57,133 nucleotides of DNA. Source: Candidatus Sumerlaeia bacterium (GTDB lineage: Bacteria > Sumerlaeota > Sumerlaeia > JABWBI01). The position numbers and the translations under genes were made by a program. Below are positions 9,173-16,765 of this stretch, piece by piece. The stretch is taken from positions 1-57,133 of the forward strand of contig JABWBI010000001.1 of the NCBI GenBank assembly GCA_013360565.1. Reading direction: 5' to 3'. Below the pieces are notes generated by a model that was given only the letters and a program-made list of their open reading frames with translations, was not told the origin of the DNA and made no database searches. Within the stretch, counting starts at the first letter, position 1; each line of letters opens with the position of its first letter.

Positions 9173-10215
9173 AATCCTCGCGCGTTCTCCTCTGGCTCGC
9201 CTTCGGGCTGAGTCCGGCGCTCGTGCTGGCACTCTCGCCGAACGCTTACCAGGGCGGCCGCAGCCGCAGCGCCGCCGACCGCAATGCGAGAAACTCGAGT
9301 GCCATCGCGGTCATGCTGGGCGAGTTCCGCACGTCGATGAGTGATCTGCTGTTTGTCAAGACCGAGCGCTATCTCGACAGCGGCATCGCCTACATGCCCC
9401 ACATCGACGACCATCTGGCCTCGGTGCAGGCGGAGACGGCCGAGCTCGCTGAACACCATCATGACGCTGAGCACGGTCACGTTGAGGAGACCGGCCACGT
9501 GCATGGGCCGGACTGCGATCACGGGCATGACGACGGCCATGCGGACGAAGCGCCCCATGCGGAGGGGGAGTTCGCCGGCACGCCCACGATCATCCGCACA
9601 CCCGAGGACGACTTCCGCGGTTTCATCGGATGGCTCCACCGCGAGGTGAAGCCCTGGCGCGACCCGCGGCTCGGCCACGAGCACACTGACGGAACCGAGC
9701 TGTTGCCATGGTATCGCATGATGACCATGGCGGACCCTCACAACATCCGCGGCTACGCCATCGGCGCGTGGTGGCTCACCGATCACAGCCCAGAGGAGGC
9801 CGTGCGCTTTGCCTCCGAGGGTGTCGAGAACAATCCCGAGGCCTTTCAGCTTCACCTCATCCTCGGCCGCGTCCTCTACGCGCAGGCGAACGCGATCCTC
9901 GCGGACACCGGCGCCGGCCAGACGCAGATCGCACCGATCATCGACCGGGCCATTGCGAGCTTCCGCCGGGGTGCCGAGCTCGCCATCGCCCAGCGCCCCC
10001 CCGGCGGATACCTGGACCCGGGGGACAGCGGCTGGGACGAGTCGCTCGAGGAGGATGCCCTCGCCTCGGCTCGCATGGCCGTGCTGCTCCTGGAGAACCA
10101 TGGCGACCTCGCCGAGGCGCGGCGCCTCGCGAGCGACTACACGCAGGTCTTCGGTGTCGACTATGTCCTCGAGCGTCACGCCGCCGCGCCCGTCTCCCCC
10201 GAGCCCCACCACTGA
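9169..10215 (+). CDS. Membrane-anchored His-rich, TPR-like protein, fourth gene of the ABC-2 operon
   Basis: GTG at 9169 overlaps the preceding TGA (GTGA). N-terminal TM segment VLLWLAFGLSPALVLAL. The acidic His-rich segment (9400-9558) has 13 His in 53 residues (EHHHDAEHGHVEETGHVHGPDCDHGHDDGHADEAPH). The C-terminus is TPR-like. The 5' 285 codons of the track ORF 8314..10215 overlap the permease in another frame and were dropped. Confidence 0.65.
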   Translation: MKSSRVLLWLAFGLSPALVLALSPNAYQGGRSRSAADRNARNSSAIAVMLGEFRTSMSDLLFVKTERYLDSGIAYMPHIDDHLASVQAETAELAEHHHDAEHGHVEETGHVHGPDCDHGHDDGHADEAPHAEGEFAGTPTIIRTPEDDFRGFIGWLHREVKPWRDPRLGHEHTDGTELLPWYRMMTMADPHNIRGYAIGAWWLTDHSPEEAVRFASEGVENNPEAFQLHLILGRVLYAQANAILADTGAGQTQIAPIIDRAIASFRRGAELAIAQRPPGGYLDPGDSGWDESLEEDALASARMAVLLLENHGDLAEARRLASDYTQVFGVDYVLERHAAAPVSPEPHH

Positions 10216-10283
10216 CCTCCGCACTTGCCGGCGCGCCGGGCGCTGGCAAGGATGGGTCACGCCCCAGGATGGAGGCCCATGGA

Positions 10284-11072
10284 ATGCCGGACATCATGGA
10301 GACACTGAGAGCGGCGCTCACAGCGTCGGGCGATGTGCTGATGCGGCACTTCGGCCATGTCGAAGCCGAGCACAAAGGGCCGATCGACCTCGTGACTGTC
10401 GCAGATCGGGAGAGCGAGGCCGCCGCCGTCGCCGCGATTCGGCGCGACCATCCCGGGCACGCCATCCTTGCGGAGGAGAGCGGCGGCCAGCGCGTCTCCG
10501 GCGCGGAGTGGCGCTGGATCATCGATCCGCTCGATGGGACGACGAACTACGCCCATGGGATGCCCATCTTCTGCGTGACCGCCGGCGTCGAGCACCGGGG
10601 CGAAGTCGTCGCCGGCGGCACCTTCAGCCCCGCGACTGACGAACTCTTTCTGGCGGAGCGGGGCGCGGGAGCCACCCGCAACGGCGAGCGCATCCGCGTC
10701 TCCTCTCGCGCCGGACTCGGCGAGGCGCTCCTCGTGACCGGCTTCCCCTACGACCGGCGCGAACACGTGGACTACTACATGGCGCAGTTCGGCGCGTTCC
10801 TGGCCCGGTCGCGCGGTGTGCTGCGTCTCGGTGCGGCGGGGATGGATTTCGCGCACGTGGCAATGGGCCGCCTCGACGGCTACTGGGAGCGTGGACTGCA
10901 CCCGTGGGATGTGGCGGCGGGCAAGCTGCTGATCACAGAGGCAGGCGGCTGCACGTCGGATTTCCGCGGTCAGCCGTTCGATGTCTTCGGCCCCGACTTC
11001 CTGGCCTCCAACGGCCTGATCCACTCCGCGATGCTGGACGTGATCGCTTCCTGCCCGCCCTGGGATGGCTGA
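10284..11072 (+). CDS. suhB: Inositol monophosphatase family protein (SuhB-like)
   Basis: Motifs VTVADRESE, ILAEESGG, WIIDPLDGTTNYAHG and a WDVAAG-type C-terminus. ATG at 10284 is preceded by GGAGG (10271-10275). An in-frame ATG at 10269 is an alternative start. Confidence 0.88.
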   Translation: MPDIMETLRAALTASGDVLMRHFGHVEAEHKGPIDLVTVADRESEAAAVAAIRRDHPGHAILAEESGGQRVSGAEWRWIIDPLDGTTNYAHGMPIFCVTAGVEHRGEVVAGGTFSPATDELFLAERGAGATRNGERIRVSSRAGLGEALLVTGFPYDRREHVDYYMAQFGAFLARSRGVLRLGAAGMDFAHVAMGRLDGYWERGLHPWDVAAGKLLITEAGGCTSDFRGQPFDVFGPDFLASNGLIHSAMLDVIASCPPWDG

Positions 11073-11865
11073 GATGCCCGCCTCCTCTCTCGGTCACAAT
11101 CCCATCTATCGCCGTGAAGCTCGGATGGGCCATCCGCGCCACTGGTGGCGGCGTCACAAGCCGCTCTGTCTGCTCCTCGCGCTCGGAATGGGTGTCGCCT
11201 CCTGGATCGAGCTGATCGCCGCCCCTGCGGCGAGTTGGGGCCCGGCGCAGGCCACCGCGATGTCGCACGCCATGACATTCGTGTTCCTCATCTTCGGGCC
11301 TTTCCACTCGGTGCTGAGCCTCCAGCGCGATCTGCACGCCCGCATGCTGGAGTCCATCGTCCTCACCGAGGTCACGCCACAGACCTACCTCCAAGGGAAG
11401 CTCTTCGCATCGCTGCGCCCGGCCTTCCTGCTGCTCGCCCCGCTGTGGCTTCGGAGCCTGTTGATCGAGATCCGATTCAATGCCAATCTCGGCGCCCTCG
11501 CCGGCCTGGGCGAATCCGAGCTGATCTACGCCTCTCTCATCCAGAGTTCGCTCTCCTTCGTCATCGAGGCGCTTCTCCTCGTCCTCGGTGTCCTCTGCTA
11601 TGGCTCTCTGGGTCTGGCGATGACGCTGCGATTCCGCAGCGCCTCGCTGGCCATGTCCGTGGTCGCTCTCCTCGCCCTCCTCATCGACGTCTGGGGGCCC
11701 GCTGGACTCCGCCATCTCATCGAGTCCCGCGGCCCGGGTCTCGCCGACTACGCGATCGGCGTCCTCTTCGGTCTCAGCGTGGGCTTGATCTTCCTCAAGT
11801 ACATGCTCTATCGGTATTTCATGGATTGCTCCGCCGCGCGCCTGCGCCAGTGGGCATTCGGCTGA
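11065..11865 (+). CDS. Polytopic membrane protein, function unknown (possibly ABC-2-like permease)
   Basis: The start overlaps the suhB stop (ATG 11065, TGA 11070-11072). There are 5-6 hydrophobic segments. The N-terminal NPIYRRE motif recalls N-termini of some ABC-2-type permeases, from memory and weakly. No other family recognised. Confidence 0.55.
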   Translation: MAEMPASSLGHNPIYRREARMGHPRHWWRRHKPLCLLLALGMGVASWIELIAAPAASWGPAQATAMSHAMTFVFLIFGPFHSVLSLQRDLHARMLESIVLTEVTPQTYLQGKLFASLRPAFLLLAPLWLRSLLIEIRFNANLGALAGLGESELIYASLIQSSLSFVIEALLLVLGVLCYGSLGLAMTLRFRSASLAMSVVALLALLIDVWGPAGLRHLIESRGPGLADYAIGVLFGLSVGLIFLKYMLYRYFMDCSAARLRQWAFG

Positions 11866-11882
11866 GCACCGGGGGAGCACCC

Positions 11883-12578
11883 ATGGCCCGCCGTCAGACC
11901 ACAGGTTACGACATCCTCGCCGTCGGCGCGCATCCCGACGACGTCGAGCACTGCATCGGCGCCTCGCTTCTCAAGTGGTCACGCGCGGGCAGGCGCATCA
12001 TGATCCTTCACATGACCGGCGGTGAGATGGGAACGCACGGCACGAAGGCGCTCCGCCGCCGCGAGGCACTGGCCGCCGCGGAGGCGCTCGGCTGCGACGT
12101 CGACTTCCTCGGTCTGCGCGACACGGAGGTTTTCTTCAACCCTCAGACCCGCAACCGGTTCATCCGCGCCCTGCGCCGGTATCGTCCACGCCTCGTCCTC
12201 TCCCAGCACTACGACTTTCCGCGCATGCACCCCGACCACGAGCAGACAGGCCTCATCGTTCGCAATGCCTTTCGTCCCGCGCGGTTCAAGGCGATCAGGA
12301 CACCTCCGCACGGGCCCCACTGGGTCGAGCAGGTGTTCTATTACCTTCTGCCGCCGACGCTGAAGCCGTCCTTCGTCATCGACGTGACCGATGTCATGGA
12401 CGCCTGGCACGTCGCAGCGGAGAAGTATGCGAGCCAGCTGCACCACATCCCCGGCTACTACGACCGCATCCTCCGCTTCAAGCGAGAGGCGGGCGCTCAC
12501 ATCGGGGTCGAATTCGGCGAAGCCTTCCACTGCGAAGTCCCGATCAACGCGACGGCGAGCGACATCCTGACGTTCTGA
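11883..12578 (+). CDS. PIG-L/LmbE-family N-acetylglucosaminyl deacetylase (BshB1/LmbE-like)
   Basis: YDILAVGAHPDDVEHCIG (AHPDD motif), HMTGGEMGTHG, and HPDHEQTG (second metal-ligand His). ATG at 11883 is preceded by GGGGGAG. Confidence 0.85.
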   Translation: MARRQTTGYDILAVGAHPDDVEHCIGASLLKWSRAGRRIMILHMTGGEMGTHGTKALRRREALAAAEALGCDVDFLGLRDTEVFFNPQTRNRFIRALRRYRPRLVLSQHYDFPRMHPDHEQTGLIVRNAFRPARFKAIRTPPHGPHWVEQVFYYLLPPTLKPSFVIDVTDVMDAWHVAAEKYASQLHHIPGYYDRILRFKREAGAHIGVEFGEAFHCEVPINATASDILTF

Positions 12579-12588
12579 CCGGCTCGCC

Positions 12589-13326
12589 TCAGAAGCCGAT
12601 TCTGCGCATCACGAATCGGGGCAGATGACGGATGATCAGCATCATGTAGCGCCACGGCGGCGGGACGTAGATCAGGGCCTTGCCCCGGTCGAGAGCCCTG
12701 ACGACACGCCGCGCGACATCGTCGGGCTCCCCGGCGAAGGGCGGCGGCCTGAGGCCCGCGGTCATGCCGGTCTTGACGAAGCCCGGCTTGACGCAGAGCA
12801 CACGCAGGCCCTGCGCGTGGAACTTGTGATCCAGCCCCTCCAGATACCGGGAGAGTCCGCCCTTGGTGGCCCCGTAGAGAATCACCGGCTTGCGCCCCCG
12901 ATCGCCGGCCACGGAGCTGAACACGCACAGGCGCCCGCCGCCGCGTGCGAGCAGACGCCTGCGCACCTCCTCGCAGAACAGGACGGTGTTGGTGAAATTG
13001 GCGGTCAACAGCCGAGCGGCTCGCTCCGTGTCGTCCTCCAGATCTTCCTGCCGCCCGAAGAGAGCCGCAGTCATCACCACAGTGTCGAAGCCGCCGAGTG
13101 CCTGATCGGCCGCGTCGAGGGCCGGCGCGAACCCCGAGGCGTCGAGCAGATCGATCTCTGTCCATTCCACTGGCGAGGGCGCGCCGAGCACTTCGAGGTC
13201 CCTGGCGCTGCGCTCGAGATCCTCTGGGCCGATTCCCAAGAGATGAATCCTCTCCCCGCGCTGAGCGAGAATGCGAGCGATCGAGCGGCCCATGCCGCGG
13301 GTGGCGCCGAAGAGGACGGCTTTCAT
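12589..13326 (-). CDS. Short-chain dehydrogenase/reductase, DprE2-like
   Basis: N-terminal Rossmann motif VLFGATRGMGRSIA, then YGATKGG (YxxxK). Its start overlaps the stop of the upstream FAD oxidase by 4 nt (ATGA at 13323-13326), the arrangement seen for dprE1-dprE2. Confidence 0.85.
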   Translation of the reverse strand: MKAVLFGATRGMGRSIARILAQRGERIHLLGIGPEDLERSARDLEVLGAPSPVEWTEIDLLDASGFAPALDAADQALGGFDTVVMTAALFGRQEDLEDDTERAARLLTANFTNTVLFCEEVRRRLLARGGGRLCVFSSVAGDRGRKPVILYGATKGGLSRYLEGLDHKFHAQGLRVLCVKPGFVKTGMTAGLRPPPFAGEPDDVARRVVRALDRGKALIYVPPPWRYMMLIIRHLPRFVMRRIGF

Positions 13327-14642
13327 GGTCGGTCTCCCATGAGGCGGACTGAGAGGGCGCTGCGCAGGCGACCCTCGGGATCCCAGCGCCGCCGGGCTTC
13401 GTTGAAAGCCGCCAGACGAGGCTCCATGGCCCGGAAGTGCTCTGGCCGCGTGTGAGCGTCCTTTGCCAGATAAACTCTCCCTCCGACAGAGAGAACGAAT
13501 TCATTGAGCCGATCGACGGCCACCTGAGTGTGGGGCGGCCGGTTGGGCAAGTCCATTGCGACCGTGAATCCCGGCGCAGGGAAGGAGATCAGGCCGTCAC
13601 CCGGAGCTCCGAAGTCCTTGAAGACGCAGAGGTAAACGGGCAGCGGAAGCGACCGCACAAGGTCGAAGAACTCCAGAACCTTTGAAACCGGCTGACTTGC
13701 AGGGATGACGCACTGGTATTGGATGAACCCCCGCTTTCCGTACATGCGATTCCAGTCCGCCAGCGTGTCGAGGGGGTAGAAGAAAGTCTCAGGATGGACC
13801 ACCCCTCGGCTGCCACGGCACGTGCGGTGGTGACCGGCGTTGTAGAGGCGCATCAGCGCGGGGTTCAGCACGAACTCCGGCACATCGACCGGGACGCGGC
13901 GCCGCCTTGTCACCGGACGAAAGGGGTGGCGCGCTTCACTGACATCGGCCCAGCGGCCACAGATCAGCACGCTGCGCCCGAAGAGAGAACCCCTGGCCAG
14001 CAGGTCGACCCAGGCGACCGTGAACGGCCAGCGCACACCCTCCTCACGCAGCTGAGTCAGCATTGTCTCGAGTGACGCGATCTGCCGCACCTCCTGCCAG
14101 ATCCAGGGGGAGGGGATCCGCTCCATCGCGAAGCGCACTTCGAGGATGTGCCCCGTCAGCCCCATGCCTCCGACAGTCGCCCAGAAAAGGCCGGCCTCCT
14201 CGTCGGGCGTGCACTCGGCGATCTGGCCGCTGGCCAAGCGCAGGCGAAGCCAGCGGACGTGGCGGCCGAACGAGCCCTCACGGTGATGATTTTTGCCGTG
14301 GACGTCGGCGGCCACCATGCCGCCGACCGTGACGAACTGGGTGCCGGGGGAAACCGGCGACGCCCATCCCCGGGGAAGGAACACCCGGTTGATGTCGTGG
14401 AGCGAGACGCCCGCCTCCACCGTCAGCTCTCCCGTCGAAGCGTCGAATGCGAGGAGGCGATTGGCCAATCGGCTGTTCGCCACCACGAGCCCGGAAGCGG
14501 GCGGGAGCGAGGCATCGCCGTAGGATCGGCCCAGGCCGCGCGTCAGGACGGCGTCCCGGGTGATCAGCGCGAGGTCCTCGGAGACACGCTCCTCGGCCGC
14601 GACGCGGATCACGCGCCCCCAGCCGCTGATCTCCTGAACCAC
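13323..14642 (-). CDS. FAD-binding (FAD_binding_4) oxidoreductase, DprE1-like
   Basis: GTG start at 14642 with GAGGGAGG 8 nt upstream. Motifs ISGWGR..., TRGLGRSYGDASL, and VSPGTQFVTVGGMVAADVHGKNHH match the DprE1/alditol-oxidase-type family. Confidence 0.85.
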   Translation of the reverse strand: MVQEISGWGRVIRVAAEERVSEDLALITRDAVLTRGLGRSYGDASLPPASGLVVANSRLANRLLAFDASTGELTVEAGVSLHDINRVFLPRGWASPVSPGTQFVTVGGMVAADVHGKNHHREGSFGRHVRWLRLRLASGQIAECTPDEEAGLFWATVGGMGLTGHILEVRFAMERIPSPWIWQEVRQIASLETMLTQLREEGVRWPFTVAWVDLLARGSLFGRSVLICGRWADVSEARHPFRPVTRRRRVPVDVPEFVLNPALMRLYNAGHHRTCRGSRGVVHPETFFYPLDTLADWNRMYGKRGFIQYQCVIPASQPVSKVLEFFDLVRSLPLPVYLCVFKDFGAPGDGLISFPAPGFTVAMDLPNRPPHTQVAVDRLNEFVLSVGGRVYLAKDAHTRPEHFRAMEPRLAAFNEARRRWDPEGRLRSALSVRLMGDRP

Positions 14643-14670
14643 CCGCGCGCCTCCCTCACAGGTTCCACGA

Positions 14671-14706
14671 CACAGAAAGGGGCGTCACCCGCTGACGGGT
14701 GACGCC
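14671..14706 (-). terminator. Intrinsic terminator after the TIGR04073-like gene pair
   Basis: Perfect 11-bp stem GGCGTCACCCG / CGGGTGACGCC (14681-14691 / 14696-14706) with a 4-nt loop. On the minus strand it is followed by CCTTTCTGTG. Confidence 0.6.
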
Positions 14707-14729
14707 CGCAGGAGGTGATGCAGAGCCGC

Positions 14730-15227
14730 TCAGCGGTCGCCCGCGAGGCCGGGCACCGTCGCCCCCCACAGCTCCGGCAAAACATACTCGGGCTGCATCA
14801 TCGGCTCGTAGTTGGCCGGCACGGGGATGGGGAACGTGACGACGTCATAGATCCCCGTGGCCGTCCTCGCGACGCCCCACCCGAGGCCTTCGATCGTGCC
14901 GACGACGGCGCCTGTCACCGGGTCAGTATCGCGCCAGACCTGCGCGATGCGCTTGGGGACCTCGAGGAAGCCCGTCAGGGTGTTGAGCAGGCCGCGGCCG
15001 AGCTTGTGCAGCTGGCGGCCGAAGGTCGTGTTCGAGCGGCCCACCTCCTCGGAGTCCTGGAAGGTGTAGGGATTCACGATCGGCGCCTGGGAACCACGGT
15101 AGGTGGGCGCCTGGCTCGGTGCGTAGATCGCCGGTGTCGCATCCGTGCGGAGCTGCGCCGTGGCGAAACCCGCCGTCAGCGTCACCAGCGCCGAGGCGGT
15201 CAGAGCAAGGGTCAACGTGCGAAACAT
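14730..15227 (-). CDS. Exosortase-system-associated TIGR04073-family-like secreted protein, paralog A
   Basis: ATG at 15227 with GGAGG upstream. Signal peptide MFRTLTLALTASALVTLTAGFATAQ. Core KLGRGLLNTLTGFLEVPKRI...GLGWGVARTATGIYDVVTFPIPVPANYEP matches my memory of TIGR04073. Confidence 0.75.
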   Translation of the reverse strand: MFRTLTLALTASALVTLTAGFATAQLRTDATPAIYAPSQAPTYRGSQAPIVNPYTFQDSEEVGRSNTTFGRQLHKLGRGLLNTLTGFLEVPKRIAQVWRDTDPVTGAVVGTIEGLGWGVARTATGIYDVVTFPIPVPANYEPMMQPEYVLPELWGATVPGLAGDR

Positions 15228-15240
15228 GGGTGCCTCCGGG

Positions 15241-15606
15241 TCAGTCGATGTCGCTCTCGAAGACAAACTCGGTCTGCTGAACGTCTTCGTAGTTGCGGGG
15301 GATCTCCACCGGGAAGGTGAAGACGTCGTACAGGCCCAGCACGAGGCGCCGCCCGCCGGCGACGATCCCCTTGCCTGTTCCCGTGAGAACGCCCGTGAAA
15401 AAGTCGGTGTTTCGAGCGTCCTGGTTGATGTGGTGCGGAATCTCGCACCAGAAGAAGAGTACGTTGAGCACTCCCCGCCCCAGCTTGCGAGTCATCCGGG
15501 CCGACCTCGAGTGCTCGTAGAGCGGACCGGTGGCGGGCACGGTGGGGACGGCGAGACTGAGAGCAAAGCCCATCAGCACGAGCCCGAGCAGACGGCGTTT
15601 CCTCAT
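15241..15606 (-). CDS. TIGR04073-family-like secreted protein, paralog B
   Basis: ATG at 15606. Signal peptide MRKRRLLGLVLMGFALSLA. Core KLGRGVLNVLFFWCEIPHHI...GKGIVAGGRRLVLGLYDVFTFPVEIPRNYE is paralogous to 14730-15227, with a 13-nt gap between the two genes. Confidence 0.75.
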   Translation of the reverse strand: MRKRRLLGLVLMGFALSLAVPTVPATGPLYEHSRSARMTRKLGRGVLNVLFFWCEIPHHINQDARNTDFFTGVLTGTGKGIVAGGRRLVLGLYDVFTFPVEIPRNYEDVQQTEFVFESDID

Positions 15607-15791
15607 CTCAACACTGAACCTCCCGAGCAATGGCGCCCCTCCCGCCCCTGGGCGAGAGAGCCTGCAACGAGCCGCATTGTCCCGCGCCCCGGTGGACTTG
15701 CAAGAGGAAATTCACCGTTCTCAATGCTCGAAGAGTCTGCCAGCCCTTTGGGGTTGCCCTCCCATCTACGGCCCCGAATGATCGGCACCCC

Positions 15792-16211
15792 ATGGGGCTC
15801 TATGGCTGGCTCACCCTCGCCTGGATCGCCGTGATCTTCCTCGGCGGGGCCGGCGCCTTCGGGCGAGCCGGGACGCAGCGCATGATCGACCGCCTCCAGC
15901 ACACGCCCTGGGTCCACCGCCTTCTCGACCGGTACCACGGGGAGCTCCGGGCAGCGTGGCACTACGTTGAGTTCGGTGCCCTGAGCCTGGTCCTCTACCT
16001 CTTGATTCACTCCCGATGGGGCGCCGGCCCCTGGACTTGGTGGGCCGCCCTCGTCACGCTCCTCACCGGGACCGTCATCGCCTACCTCGACGAGAAGCGC
16101 CAAGAGCTGACGCCGGGACGCCAATTCCGCTGGCACGACTTCTGGTGCAGCATCCGCGGTCTGGCTTGGATGCAGCTCTTCATCGCTGGCTTTGCGCTCA
16201 CCGGCGCCTGA
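15792..16211 (+). CDS. VanZ-like family membrane protein
   Basis: ATG at 15792. Four TM segments. Motifs HYVEFGALSLVLYLL and YLDEKRQELTPGRQFRWHDF (DE..Q...PGR....D) are typical of VanZ. The upstream part of the track ORF is non-coding-like. Confidence 0.8.
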   Translation: MGLYGWLTLAWIAVIFLGGAGAFGRAGTQRMIDRLQHTPWVHRLLDRYHGELRAAWHYVEFGALSLVLYLLIHSRWGAGPWTWWAALVTLLTGTVIAYLDEKRQELTPGRQFRWHDFWCSIRGLAWMQLFIAGFALTGA

Positions 16212-16232
16212 CGCGCACTCTCGAACGGCCTG

Positions 16233-16742
16233 TCACAGATGTCGCCGGGCCTCGGCGAACCAGGCTCTCACCCATTCCTCGCGGTAGTCGGGGTACGTCC
16301 AAGGCCAGGGTTCATAACCCCGCCCGCGGTGGTAGACGAGTGTCACCTCGGCGTGAATGCCGTCGCCGAGGGGAATGCGGTGGGCGTGGTCTTTCGTCGA
16401 GGCCAGGATCAGCTTCGCACGAGTCAGACAGCCCGGGTCAATATTCACCCGGCGGTTGGCACCGTCCATCCACTCCGCCTCGATCGCGATGCCCTCCCGC
16501 TTGACCGCCGCGAGCAGAGCGGGGTCGAGGCGCCGTTCGAAAGCCAGGAATTGCCGGCGCAGCCCTGGCCCCATCTCCCGCGCGTAGTAGGTGGTCTGAG
16601 TGAACGGCGCGACCACACTGGCGGCGATGACAGGCCCCCAGGAGTCCATGAGCCGCGCCTGAACACTGTGAAGAGAGACGCCCTCCGCCGCCAGAATCCC
16701 CGTCACCAAGAGACCCTCTTCGACTCGGCGATCTCCGCCCAT
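16233..16742 (-). CDS. DUF4416-family protein
   Basis: ATG at 16742, downstream of the deoA stop at 16766. Motifs FTQTTYYAREMGPGLRRQF, RRVNIDPGCLTRAKLILASTKDHAHRIPLGDGIHAEVTL match my memory of DUF4416. Confidence 0.7.
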   Translation of the reverse strand: MGGDRRVEEGLLVTGILAAEGVSLHSVQARLMDSWGPVIAASVVAPFTQTTYYAREMGPGLRRQFLAFERRLDPALLAAVKREGIAIEAEWMDGANRRVNIDPGCLTRAKLILASTKDHAHRIPLGDGIHAEVTLVYHRGRGYEPWPWTYPDYREEWVRAWFAEARRHL

Positions 16743-16752
16743 CGCGGCGACT

Positions 16753-16761
16753 CCCCCCCCC
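16753..16761 (-). repeat. G9 homopolymer (C9 on plus strand) in the deoA / DUF4416 intergenic spacer, 10 nt upstream of the DUF4416 ATG
   Basis: Plus strand reads ga-ct-ccccccccc-agactca. On the coding strand this is TGA-gtctg-GGGGGGGGG-agtcgccgcg-ATG. Confidence 0.9.
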
Positions 16762-16765
16762 AGAC

